Source of the DNA: Naegleria gruberi
Lineage: Eukaryota
Reading direction: 5' to 3' (one strand)
DNA: 64,000 nt
NCBI GenBank assembly: GCA_000004985.1
Contig: GG738901.1
Shown: one piece after another, positions 53,724 to 63,789 of the stretch
Position numbering within the stretch: position 1 is the stretch's first letter
How the letters are laid out: each line of letters begins with the position of its first letter
Notes under the pieces: generated by a model
Database searches by the model: none
What the model was told of the DNA's origin: nothing
Seen by the model: the letters and a program-made list of their open reading frames with translations, nothing else
Translations under genes and position numbers: made by a program

Positions 53724-56084
53724 ATGCTTGGAAAGAGAAGCAACAACTCTTCAACGTGCTGTGCCAGCAAGAAAACCAAATATGATTCTTGCTGTTCATC
53801 TTCATCCTGTTACTCTCCGTTTAATGTAGAATGGGATGGAGTGGAACGTTCCGAATTAGCCAACGTTTTACATCAAATTGGCTCCAATCCTCATCAATAT
53901 TCGTATGGCAAAAGAAATAGTGAAAAGGAAGGCTTGTTAGGCTTTCCTGGGTTGAAAATTCATTTCGATCATGATGTTTCCATCAATGTTGGATTGCCTC
54001 TCTGTTCGGAACAACTTGAATCCATACGGAATAATTTAAATTCTAATTTGCAATTAATATCGTCAAATTCTTCATCATCAACTTTATCGGAGAAGATGAT
54101 TTGTTTGAATGATGAAGATTTATTCTCCATTGAAAATCCCTATTGGATGGAACAATTAGAGGAAATACTGAAGGACGTTCTTTCACAATTACAAGTTGAA
54201 AATCACATATCTGGATTGATTAGAAAGAATTCACTCATCATTGCTAGTGAAGGGTGTTCGGATATTCCCATTACGAGTACACGAGAGAATTGTTTTGTCA
54301 AGTTGGTTGTGAGATTGCCTTCTAATTGTGAGGGTGGTCATGTAGTAGTTAATTCGGGAAAGATTTCTTACAACTTCTCTAAGGGGTCGTGCTATTCCAG
54401 TACTTTGACTGCTTGCTATTCTAACATTGATGCCACTATCAAGGGAATCACCAAAGGTTGTGCAATGTATTTGGTGTTTGATATTTGTCATCAGGATGGA
54501 TGTGAAACACCAACATTTATTAATTCTAAAGAGCTATTTAGCAAATTTATGGACAATTGGGAGAAATCACCCTACTTTGTAATAGAGTACAAGCAGAATT
54601 CTGATTATTATAAATCAATAACAAGCATATTGAATTGGTACGTACATGAAATGCCAATAGGAAGTTTAGAATTTGAATTTGGAACGCTGAATAATGATGT
54701 ATTGTACTTTCGTAGAATCAATGCAGATTTAGACATTAATTCGCAATCACTCCTCTTCTCTAAAGGAGATCGAGAAAATATTGAATGTATTATTATCATT
54801 TCAAAACATTTCACTACTGAAGTATATTTACATTTGGGCATGGAGATTGCTCTTGATTATTTGAAGAGAGTTTTCAATGGTGCCACTTCTCAACATATTA
54901 TTAACTTTTTAAAGAAAATAATTGACAAGTATTCCAAACAATTGGATGGAAAGAAGATTGTAGATTATATAATAGAATTGAACGATTTGGAGCTAGCAAA
55001 GTTACTGTTGAGAGAAATATTATGCCATAATTTCAATCATGAGGTTCTTTTCAAATTAGTACAAGCTTTCACACTCAAAGAATTGCGTACAGAAGTAATC
55101 AAGGTGTTATCAGTTTGTTTCATCGATCATTTGGATGGATGTGTGGATGTATTGGAGGCTCTTAATTGTCCTACAGTTTCTGCTTCAGTTTTACCTCAAT
55201 GTAGTCTGAGTGAACAAACATGTACATGCTCTCAGTTGGAAAAGGTTTTGGATTTGGCTTCAAAATTTGATATTGTCATTCAACAAATACCTGAAAACAT
55301 TAGCAAGCTATCAGGAAACCCAGATGATATGTACAGATTATCTAAAAAGATCAAAAATAAGAGTTGTATTAAGGAAACGTTACAAAGATCTTGGAAATCT
55401 AAAACACTCAATCCTAAAATGATTGTTGAATGTGTGGGTACTATAGGATTGACTGAATCTAGGGATTTAATGAGGGACGGAGTTGATTCATTCTGCTCAA
55501 GTCATAAAAATGTGGAAATCCTAGAAACTATTGGATCATTCTCGGAAATTCTCAACTCATCAAACGATGCTTCCTGCAATCTTGTAATGTCAATGCTAGC
55601 AAGAAACCTTATCAGCCGTACGAATTTTACAATTAGGTTTGTTCATCACCTAGTTATTCCATTCCTCAAACAATTGACCAATAAGGAAGCTCTATCTAAA
55701 AGTGCTACTCAATCAATTGCAAAACACTGCTTAAAACTTTACAATAACCAAAACAAGGTTGCTATCGAACACCTGCAACCTCTCAATAGCAAGATTTCCC
55801 ATATTATTCTATCATGTTCATGTGAAACGTGTGCTCCAGTTCAGGAATTTATAGAGTCGAATGAGAGAATTTACACTATCCCATTTGCTACAAAGGTTAA
55901 TGTTGACCATTTGGTCGAGAAAGTTTCGGGCTTCTACTCTGACATTCTCCTCAGCCAATCTTCAAATGGAAATGCAATAATTGAAAAAGTACTCCTCAAG
56001 CAAACCAAAATTGAAATCAAGGAGAACATTGCATTCTTAAACTCCTTACACGATTTGACTCTCCTTGAAGATGATGTAGAGTAG
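53724..56084 (+). CDS. Hypothetical 786-aa protein; N-terminal region possibly 2OG-Fe(II) oxygenase/P4H-like (weak)
   Basis: A single ORF starts at ATG after an A-run. The string CFVKLVVRLPSNCEGGHVVVNSGKISYNF resembles the ...LPS..EGG.L.V.H.G... strand pair of PF13640-type proteins. This was not verified. Confidence 0.7.
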   Translation: MLGKRSNNSSTCCASKKTKYDSCCSSSSCYSPFNVEWDGVERSELANVLHQIGSNPHQYSYGKRNSEKEGLLGFPGLKIHFDHDVSINVGLPLCSEQLESIRNNLNSNLQLISSNSSSSTLSEKMICLNDEDLFSIENPYWMEQLEEILKDVLSQLQVENHISGLIRKNSLIIASEGCSDIPITSTRENCFVKLVVRLPSNCEGGHVVVNSGKISYNFSKGSCYSSTLTACYSNIDATIKGITKGCAMYLVFDICHQDGCETPTFINSKELFSKFMDNWEKSPYFVIEYKQNSDYYKSITSILNWYVHEMPIGSLEFEFGTLNNDVLYFRRINADLDINSQSLLFSKGDRENIECIIIISKHFTTEVYLHLGMEIALDYLKRVFNGATSQHIINFLKKIIDKYSKQLDGKKIVDYIIELNDLELAKLLLREILCHNFNHEVLFKLVQAFTLKELRTEVIKVLSVCFIDHLDGCVDVLEALNCPTVSASVLPQCSLSEQTCTCSQLEKVLDLASKFDIVIQQIPENISKLSGNPDDMYRLSKKIKNKSCIKETLQRSWKSKTLNPKMIVECVGTIGLTESRDLMRDGVDSFCSSHKNVEILETIGSFSEILNSSNDASCNLVMSMLARNLISRTNFTIRFVHHLVIPFLKQLTNKEALSKSATQSIAKHCLKLYNNQNKVAIEHLQPLNSKISHIILSCSCETCAPVQEFIESNERIYTIPFATKVNVDHLVEKVSGFYSDILLSQSSNGNAIIEKVLLKQTKIEIKENIAFLNSLHDLTLLEDDVE

Positions 56085-56151
56085 GAGTGCAATTACTGGG
56101 AGTACAAATTTACTATTGGAGCCATTTGGATGCGGAGAATATTTAAAAAAA

Positions 56152-57224
56152 ATGCTACATATTTCACCGCAATCCTTGCTACTCTTATTGCTCGTTATTT
56201 GCACTTGTTGCTGTTTGGGAGTGTCTTGTACACATTGTCCACCAGGTAGTTTCTTTGAGAAATCAGTTTGGGGAGGATGTTTTGGATGTGATCCGGGAAC
56301 ATATTGTAGGTTTATTAATTATTATGAAATAATTGTTAACTTGTAAAAGGTCCTGGTGATGATAGAGCTTATCCTTGTCAAGTTGGTACTATAGCCCCGA
56401 ATACTGGATCTGTTTCATGTAGTCCTTGTCCTAGTGGATACAACACGAATCCGGCTCATACTAATTGCTCAAAATGTTCTAGTGGAAGAATGTCTCCTGA
56501 TGAGACTTTTTGTTTGTTGCCAAATACTCCTTTTAATGCTGTTCCATTTATTGGAAATGTTTTAACAATTGGAGGAAAGCAAACATTTTCCTATGTTGAG
56601 GTTTCCTTCCTCAATACTGATGAAACTGAAAGAGGAATGACCCAACTTACATTGATGAGTAAGGATAGAACCAATCTATTGGTTTATGCATCATCAGTGA
56701 CAGGATCTCCTAGCCCTGTAAATTATGAGTATTCTGGTTTTGGGCAGAATGTCACTTTAGCTATTAAGGGAAAGGCAGATACCACTTCTCTAATTTACTT
56801 GAACATTACTATTGTTGATAATCCAGAAAAACTACCATTCACACTAACTTCCACATTTTACAATATGAAAATCGATCAAATCAAGAAGGTTGACGATGGA
56901 GACAATTTCATTACTTTGGATACCAACTTTGAAGGAGAGGTTATTTTACAATATTCCAACATTAATATTCATGCAGATATTCAGTTCACCATCTCACTAC
57001 AGGGCTACATGTTCTATCATGTGTTTTACAGTTCTAACCAATTGATTCAATATCCAAATCCAAATAATGCTGATTTTGTCTATTATGGAGGAGATGCCAG
57101 AACCAATCCTATTGTTCAAGTCAATGCCATGAATAGAGCACCAGGATTTGTCAACGTTGCCATTCAATCCAAGTACGGCAATAGTGATGTTATTAAGGTG
57201 AATGTTAAAACTCTCAAACATTAA
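56152..57224 (+). CDS. Secreted protein with ephrin-receptor/GCC2_GCC3-type Cys-rich repeats and a C-terminal beta-rich domain (2 exons)
   Basis: Exons are 56152-56305 and 56350-57224, with a 44-nt intron (GTAGGT...AAAAG, phase 1) and a total of 1029 nt. The signal peptide is MLHISPQSLLLLLLVICTCCCLG. The repeats read CTHCPPGSFF...CFGCDPGTYCPGDDRAYPCQVGTIAPNTGSVSCSPCPSGYNT...CSKCSSG. Confidence 0.75.
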
Positions 57225-57239
57225 TTTATTTACACTTTC

Positions 57240-58526
57240 CTAATTGCTTGTAATTTCATTAATCTTACCAACAAAGAGAACACTCTGAGTTGGAACGTGA
57301 TGCAAAATAAAAGCAAAAGGTCTGTCAGCAATGAATTCATAAACCTCCTCAGATGCAGCCCTTCTCTTTCGTTTACAAGCTACGGCAGTTGCAGCACTTG
57401 CCACTGTTCCTGACTCATCTACTTGAATGCATGCCTTGTGAATTATTTGACTGACACATACACCATCAACTTGTGGATTGGAGAGCATATTGGAAAAATC
57501 AGCATTGGTTGGACTAAACAATCTATTGATTTCGAATGGTTTCTTGGCTATAGTTGGAATGATATTGTCAAATTGCTTTTCAAATTTGAATTTTGGAATT
57601 TGAATTCTGTTCATTTTGACTGATTCACTTGGATTGAGTCGACTAATATCGGTCAACTTGGATTGAAGCCACTTGTTAAATTCTGTTTCGTTTTCTTCAT
57701 CAATCTCTAAATCATCATTTGGTTTAATAAATGTCATACAATATTCTTCATCTGTGTATGGTAATTGTAAAATTTGATAATCATCCATTTCTTCATAGAG
57801 GAATTTTGACTTGCAATCTTCCAAACTCATCATTTGACAGTTGCATTCTCCATTCAAGGTGTTAAATGATTTTTCAATAGTTCTATTCTTGTTAAATTGA
57901 TGTTTCCACTTTCCATTAAAGTAAATTGCATTTACAATGACCATAAGTGTGTCTGAATCCAATTTAGATATTAAATTCTTGATATTATTCTTAGTATTGG
58001 ATGCAACCCATGCATTGATATTCTTCACTTCTATATTGGCCATACCCTTAAAGTTTGCCAATTGAGTTTGAGAATCAAATTGGTCAACCAACTCATTAAT
58101 AAATTCATTCTTAACACCAAGAGATTTTTCCAGATAAATTCTATTGGCAATTGATAAAACGCTCTCATTTTGAACAATATTCTTAATCATACCCGAATAT
58201 TGCTTCAATTCACTTTCCTTCCATTTTTGGAATTGCTCAACTGCATTTTCCATTTTACAACTATTAAAACTTTCTCTCAAAAACAAGCCATCAATCATTT
58301 CCCTCAATGTTTCTCCACCTGTTCCCAACATGCAATTCATCATTGCAATATAAATCGAAAATGGTGAAATGATCAAATTTCCATTTCCATTTTCCTGCAC
58401 AAATTGACCAAACAATGCAGAGGAAAATTCATTCTGGGCCAACAACATGTTATTCTGTGCTTGTTTCTTATTATTGGAAGCATTGTTTCTAGTACTTGAT
58501 AATTTCTTACTGTTTACCTTGACCAT
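57240..58526 (-). CDS. Serpin (intracellular type) with polybasic reactive-centre loop
   Basis: A 428-aa ORF. Serpin strings are SPFSIYIAMMNCMLGTGGET, NAIYFNGKWKHQFNKNRT and FIADRPFAFILHHVPTQSVLFVGKI. The hinge and RCL read ESGTVASAATAVACKRKRRAAS. The N-terminus is hydrophilic, with no signal peptide. Confidence 0.9.
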   Translation of the reverse strand: MVKVNSKKLSSTRNNASNNKKQAQNNMLLAQNEFSSALFGQFVQENGNGNLIISPFSIYIAMMNCMLGTGGETLREMIDGLFLRESFNSCKMENAVEQFQKWKESELKQYSGMIKNIVQNESVLSIANRIYLEKSLGVKNEFINELVDQFDSQTQLANFKGMANIEVKNINAWVASNTKNNIKNLISKLDSDTLMVIVNAIYFNGKWKHQFNKNRTIEKSFNTLNGECNCQMMSLEDCKSKFLYEEMDDYQILQLPYTDEEYCMTFIKPNDDLEIDEENETEFNKWLQSKLTDISRLNPSESVKMNRIQIPKFKFEKQFDNIIPTIAKKPFEINRLFSPTNADFSNMLSNPQVDGVCVSQIIHKACIQVDESGTVASAATAVACKRKRRAASEEVYEFIADRPFAFILHHVPTQSVLFVGKINEITSN

Positions 58527-58823
58527 TTTTTATTCTGAATATAAGTTATTAATGTTGATGAAGATCTGATTACAGAGTGTTATTGTTTTGTTTTTTTTGA
58601 ATTGTTTTTTTTGTTGTGATCGGTTAAATATCTAAAGAAATGTTGCGATTGCGATTGGATATTTTTTGTTGTAACATGGTAAAGTTTGGAGGTCACATTC
58701 CAGTTCAAAGATACCAAAATATTTGTATGTTTGAATATTCTTCATAGATCATGCATGAAAAATGTTGAAGTTCAATAAAGTTTATTACAAATTATTGTTG
58801 AAACTAAACTAAATTCTTTAATG

Positions 58824-59372
58824 TTAATCCATTTTGATTCGTTTACTGCTGCTGGAAGAAGAAACACAATTAGATGAAGAAGAATTGTTCATTGATTCGA
58901 AACTATTCTTACGAGGTCGTCCCCTTGGTCGTTTCGGAAGAGTTTTCTTCAATTCTTCTTCTTCCTTAATAGATTCCAGAGTCGATACGATGAAGAATAC
59001 ATTATTAGGTTTGCTAATGTTGCTCGGAGTAGTATTTACATGCGGAGGATAAGAGGAGTTGATCTTTGGAGTGGTGGTGGAGTTATAATTGAGGGTTTTC
59101 ATTGAATGCTTCTTGTTGGAAGTATGATTGGATGACTTCATCTCGATTAGTTTGGATGGTTGTAATTTGCATTCTTCTACCTTCTCAAACACAATATTAT
59201 TATTAGCATAGGTATTATTCGTAGTATTATTAGTGGAAGTATTATTCACTGGACAATAATTGTTATCATCGTTTTCCAAGCACGGAAGGAATGAATCATC
59301 ATTAGAGTTCTGTAACAGCAGATGTAACAAGAATAAAAGTGTCTGTTCGTGTATTGTATTGGTTGGAAGCAT
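58824..59372 (-). CDS. Hypothetical low-complexity protein with AT-hook
   Basis: A 182-aa ORF with an ATG start. It has an AT-hook KRPRGRPRKN and Asn/Thr/Ser-rich tracts. Confidence 0.55.
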   Translation of the reverse strand: MLPTNTIHEQTLLFLLHLLLQNSNDDSFLPCLENDDNNYCPVNNTSTNNTTNNTYANNNIVFEKVEECKLQPSKLIEMKSSNHTSNKKHSMKTLNYNSTTTPKINSSYPPHVNTTPSNISKPNNVFFIVSTLESIKEEEELKKTLPKRPRGRPRKNSFESMNNSSSSNCVSSSSSSKRIKMD

Positions 59373-59816
59373 TCTTTTTGAGCTGTTTAATCTACAACAC
59401 TATGTATACGTGTATTAATAGCAAAATAATAAGATCCTCTACTATGGTAATGGTTTACGACAACTCAGGAAATATGTCTCCACCTTATTTGGAATATCTC
59501 TGTGAATAAGTCCATATTTCTCAAAACTCAGAATTATGAAAGATGCACAGTATTAAGTAATGACAGTCTCAGTTATGGTAAATGAAAATGGTTGATTGTT
59601 ATCCAAATTTTTGAGATTATATATAAGACTTTTTATGGGAACGTTGTATATTATTTTCAGCATTGATTCTCATTACATGAACTTCCACTGAAATAACCAC
59701 AGGAATATCTCCAATTCGAATGAACTGAGAGGGAGATTTGAAAGTGTAATCCTCAATCTTGTCTGCAATGAAAGTTTCACCTTAAGGTAAACTATGAGCT
59801 GAAGTGATCATGATGG

Positions 59817-60782
59817 TTACCCTCCACGCAATCTAAATATCATGGTCAATTTAGAATCGCTGTTAATCTCCAATTCTTTCAATGTTTTTTCATCATCTTC
59901 CTCTGGAATTGGTTTTGACTTGTGAACAATTCTGACACCATCCAAATTTCCCCATGCCTCTACTACCTGGAGACGAATCATTCTGAAACTATCTTCTGGA
60001 TTCACATAAACTTTCAAATCTCTTCCAGCCATTGATTTAATGTGCAATTCCATAGAGCTGGCCTTTGTGGAAAATATGGAAATTTTCTTATCATATAACA
60101 AGTCTTGTCCCACAAATCGAAATGCATTAGGATTTTGATTCAGGGCAGTTAAATTAATTTCTCTATCATTCTTGAGTGATTTTCCAATATATTCCAATGA
60201 TAAACCATACTGTTTCACAATTTCCAACATGAATTCTCTATTATTCAATAAATCTTGATTGTGAACATATCTGATAGCTCTTGGATTTCGTTTCAGAGCA
60301 GCCCTACAAATTTCCTCATCTTCCCTAATGTCCAAATCCATATCTTTTAACAAGATCCAATTTTCCTGAACTAATTCCTTGACAAATTTTCGATCTCTTC
60401 TCAATGTCTTTCCAATATATCCACTATTCATAAAATCATCCTTCGAAACGGCTTTCAAAATAATCTCCCTATCATTTCTCAACGTTTCATGAATAATTTT
60501 CAATGCATCACTTCCATGTTTACTGACCACAGCAAGGGCAACATCTCTATCCAAACCAAAATCGAATGGTTTTCTACTCGGAACAAATGGAACATTCGAG
60601 TGTCTAATCTGCTTTAAAATCATTAATTTTGAATAGAGCAAATTTGTTCGTTCTTGTGATTTCTTCATCATTTCATTCCGTAACATTTGTTGCAAATTAA
60701 ATTCAGAAGAATAATTATTTGTATTTGTCGATTCATCATGGTGATGACTTTGAAAATCGATGAGAATAATTTTTGTGGGCAT
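59817..60782 (-). CDS. DUF4116-repeat protein with C-terminal ubiquitin-like domain ending RLRGG-stop
   Basis: A 321-aa ORF. The N-terminal repeats are NDREIILKAVSKD, DEEICRAALKRNPRAIRYV, NREFMLEIVKQYGLSLEYIGKSLKNDREINLTALNQNPNAFRFV. The last 78 aa, MELHIKSMAGRDLKVYVNPEDSFRMIRLQVVEAWG...TLKELEINSDSKLTMIFRLRGG*, align along the whole of ubiquitin. Confidence 0.85.
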   Translation of the reverse strand: MPTKIILIDFQSHHHDESTNTNNYSSEFNLQQMLRNEMMKKSQERTNLLYSKLMILKQIRHSNVPFVPSRKPFDFGLDRDVALAVVSKHGSDALKIIHETLRNDREIILKAVSKDDFMNSGYIGKTLRRDRKFVKELVQENWILLKDMDLDIREDEEICRAALKRNPRAIRYVHNQDLLNNREFMLEIVKQYGLSLEYIGKSLKNDREINLTALNQNPNAFRFVGQDLLYDKKISIFSTKASSMELHIKSMAGRDLKVYVNPEDSFRMIRLQVVEAWGNLDGVRIVHKSKPIPEEDDEKTLKELEINSDSKLTMIFRLRGG

Positions 60783-61037
60783 TTTGGTGGTTTTCTTATT
60801 TTTTTGATCTTTTCCAAGTTTTGATCTTAATTAAGTTGGAAATTGAGGTCTTTTGTAATGTTTTAGAGTTTTTTGAATGGAATTTCAAGAGATTTAAAGA
60901 GTTCAAACATTCGAGTGACGATTCAAAACATAAGAATGAATGTGAATCCATCTAGTTTTCCTGCTTTTGTTATAAAATTCAAGTGAATTCACAATAGTAA
61001 AAACATGATGAATAGTGAAATAGGAAAATGAATTGTT

Positions 61038-61916
61038 TTAATTTAGTTTAATAAAACTAGGTGGAACACTTGGAAAGTGTTTAATATATTCAATTCCTCC
61101 TCCATTAGCTATTTCGTCCCTATGAATATCGAGATATTTCAAATTCTTCATTTCACTAATCAATTTTGCACTATCAGCTTTCAAACGATTATCGAAAATA
61201 TTGAGAGCTGTCAGATTGTTCATTTCACAAATGTGTTTAGCTCCGTTGTGAGTTATATCACTGCAGGCAATGTCGAGTTTAGTCAACTGATTTAGTTCAC
61301 TTAAATATTTGGCTCCTTCTTTCTCAATACTATTTCTGTGAATACTGAGATCGGTCAATTGTTTCAATTTGCAAATTGATTTGACTCCCTCGACATCCAT
61401 TCTATTACAAGCAATATCAAGATATGTTAAATTTTCAAGTTGACTAATATATTCAGCTCCTTCATTTCCAATATTATTGTAAATAATATTGAGCTCTCTC
61501 AATTGTTTCAATTTACCAATCTCCTTGGCACCTTTTACTCCAAGTTTGTTCATTCCTATATCAAGCTTTGTCAATTGACTCATCTTTTGTAAAGCATCCA
61601 AAACATTGTCCAAAACTCCATCTTCCAACAATGTGTTTAATTGAAATTTCGCACCAATAACATTTTCCAAAAATTCACTTTGCATCATTAGTCTACTATT
61701 TTCTAAAGTGATACTTTGGGTAAAGTGCAAATTAATTTTGGTGAATTGTTTAATAATTTGCTTCCACTGTTTAGAAATTAAAACACCACTCCATAGTAGA
61801 AATTCATGTGGAAGATATAAAATTATTTCTGAACAAATATCATCGGGAAAGTTGAAATTATTCAGAGTTTTGATGCTTGTGGTTGTGGTGGTGGTGCTTG
61901 TTGTGTGATTAATCAT
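61038..61916 (-). CDS. F-box-like + RNI-type LRR protein
   Basis: The tracked ORF starts at a TTG (62084). The first ATG (61916) follows an A-run and removes the overlap with the upstream ORF. It has an F-box-like string DICSEIILYLPHEFLLWSGVLISKQWKQII and about 8 repeats of 24-25 residues with xGxEGAKxIS. Confidence 0.8.
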   Translation of the reverse strand: MINHTTSTTTTTTSIKTLNNFNFPDDICSEIILYLPHEFLLWSGVLISKQWKQIIKQFTKINLHFTQSITLENSRLMMQSEFLENVIGAKFQLNTLLEDGVLDNVLDALQKMSQLTKLDIGMNKLGVKGAKEIGKLKQLRELNIIYNNIGNEGAEYISQLENLTYLDIACNRMDVEGVKSICKLKQLTDLSIHRNSIEKEGAKYLSELNQLTKLDIACSDITHNGAKHICEMNNLTALNIFDNRLKADSAKLISEMKNLKYLDIHRDEIANGGGIEYIKHFPSVPPSFIKLN

Positions 61917-62061
61917 TTTTTTCTTGTTAAATTCATTAGAGTTTAATGAAACCTTCTTGGTTTTGGAGATTTTTTGGTGTTTCTTTTTGGTTGACTTGTT
62001 AAAAGTGGTAACACTCAATATTTCTATAAATAATTTGAGTGTGTTTGTAATTATCTCGAGA

Positions 62062-62493
62062 TTATTTGTTGTTGAATAGCTCAATAATTTCCTTTACCTG
62101 GGTTGGGTAGAACTTGGATTCAAATGTCATTCCAGTGCATTGAATAATTTGTGATCTGTGACATGGACCAAAGAGTTTGAGAATGCATTTGGCAAAATCA
62201 TTGCTAGTTGTCTTCTTTTTATCATCGTCTAGTAGTGTCCAATTAATATCCAAAATTTCCAAAATTAATTTGGAAATACTCGCATTTTCACCATCCAATT
62301 TGAGGATTACTTTCTTGGATGGATAAGAATAAGTGAACAACATTTCTAATTTGAAAGAAAGCTCAGATAAAGTACCATTTGCCATCTCAAACATGGCATT
62401 GGCAAATATCTTCTCCTCATGAATATATTCTGTAAATCCAATGCTGTAAGCTTCATGAAGTGTGAAATACTTGAGCTTGGAAGATGAATTCAT
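62062..62493 (-). CDS. 143-aa ORF, probably the 3' part of the upstream gene (62453-63751) rather than an independent gene
   Basis: It has an ATG at 62493 without an A-run context. It overlaps the upstream ORF by 41 nt in another frame, and its own frame opens only 10 codons before the ATG. Confidence 0.4.
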   Translation of the reverse strand: MNSSSKLKYFTLHEAYSIGFTEYIHEEKIFANAMFEMANGTLSELSFKLEMLFTYSYPSKKVILKLDGENASISKLILEILDINWTLLDDDKKKTTSNDFAKCILKLFGPCHRSQIIQCTGMTFESKFYPTQVKEIIELFNNK

Positions 62494-63751
62494 TGATGGA
62501 AATGTCGTAACTTGGCGATTGAATCACTGAATCGAACGAGAACAAATTCTGAGATTTTCTTGCCGAGTGTTTAAGGATTTCCCTCCTAATGTAATGGAAA
62601 TATTCCATTCGTTGAGAGTGTCTCAAATCAGATTGAATAATTGGAGTTAGAATTTCCTCCTCTAAATATTTCAATCCTTCCTTTACAGTATCTGATTCAG
62701 ATTTCAATCTATTATCATCCTCTTCGTCCTCTTCATATGATATTTCTTCTATGGATCCCAATTCCTTAATCATACTCTCCATGACATTACTATTATTGTT
62801 AGCAAACGGTGCCAGACAGTTATATGTTTTGGAGCCAGCACAAATCATTAAAAAATTGAGGAAATCTTCCCAATTCCACATGATAGGAATATCCAACTCT
62901 TTCATTACTTCCGTAATGGCTTCAGAGTCAATTTTTCCAATAGCTTCATAAGAATGGTAATTGTTTTGATATTGAACTAGAATCTTCTCTTCATTATTCG
63001 AATCTCTCACCGTCAATTCATAAAATCTCTCCAGATTATAGGTTCTAGTATTCGGTCCATAAACAAAATGTTGAGAAAATATCATAAATTCCCTAATATC
63101 ATTCTCTTGTTGATTTGATTTTTTCAAAATCTTCAACTCTGCTCTTCCTCCCTGAGCTTGTGAAAAAATTCCACCAATAAATGAATTAAACGAAACTCTT
63201 CCACTCTTGAACAAGTCGCAATTTTCCATAATAACGAAGAACTCTGCAAAATGTTCATCATTTTCAAACAAATAATCAAAATACGAATCATCATTAGTAC
63301 AAATCATGCAATTTCTAATTTCGGCATTGATTTTCAATAGGCAACCATGAAAAAATTCACAACTTTTATCCTCTAGATCTATCTTGATTTTTGATAATCT
63401 ATTCATGAAGAATAATGGATCGGTGGATGAAGATGAAATGTGCAATTCTTCAGAAATTGCTTGATTGACCAATCGGAAAGTTAAAACCTCATGCAGTGGT
63501 AGAAAGGAATAAATATTGAACAAGACAGCACCATTTAGCCATGTTGAATGATGTGGTAATGTGATGCCAGATTTTTCTTGTTTAAATTCTTCCATTTTTT
63601 TCAAAATCAAATTGTAATTTAAATGTACTTTAATGGAAGTGCCATCTCCATATTGAAATGGTTGGTTGCTGGCATAATGACGAGCAAAGTAGGGCTGATT
63701 CCTTGGAAAATGTCTTTTCATCAATAATTTTGCTATTAGAATCTGATTCAT
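62453..63751 (-). CDS. Hypothetical protein with F-box-like motif
   Basis: A 432-aa ORF with an ATG start. It contains the string VLFNIYSFLPLHEVLTFRLVNQAISEEL and an acidic stretch EEISYEEDEEDD. Confidence 0.7.
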   Translation of the reverse strand: MNQILIAKLLMKRHFPRNQPYFARHYASNQPFQYGDGTSIKVHLNYNLILKKMEEFKQEKSGITLPHHSTWLNGAVLFNIYSFLPLHEVLTFRLVNQAISEELHISSSSTDPLFFMNRLSKIKIDLEDKSCEFFHGCLLKINAEIRNCMICTNDDSYFDYLFENDEHFAEFFVIMENCDLFKSGRVSFNSFIGGIFSQAQGGRAELKILKKSNQQENDIREFMIFSQHFVYGPNTRTYNLERFYELTVRDSNNEEKILVQYQNNYHSYEAIGKIDSEAITEVMKELDIPIMWNWEDFLNFLMICAGSKTYNCLAPFANNNSNVMESMIKELGSIEEISYEEDEEDDNRLKSESDTVKEGLKYLEEEILTPIIQSDLRHSQRMEYFHYIRREILKHSARKSQNLFSFDSVIQSPSYDISINEFIFQAQVFHTS

Positions 63752-63789
63752 CTCTGGTATTTAATGGTGGGTTGTTAAATGATTATAAT

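Noticed and set aside
59640-59816. ~50-codon open frame (GETFIADKIEDYTFKSPSQFIRIGDIPVV...) downstream of the Ubl gene stop
   Set aside because: It has no ATG and no splice donor after ...RLRGG that would join it, so it is probably 3' UTR. It is flagged only because a C-terminal extension would change the interpretation of the Ubl finding.
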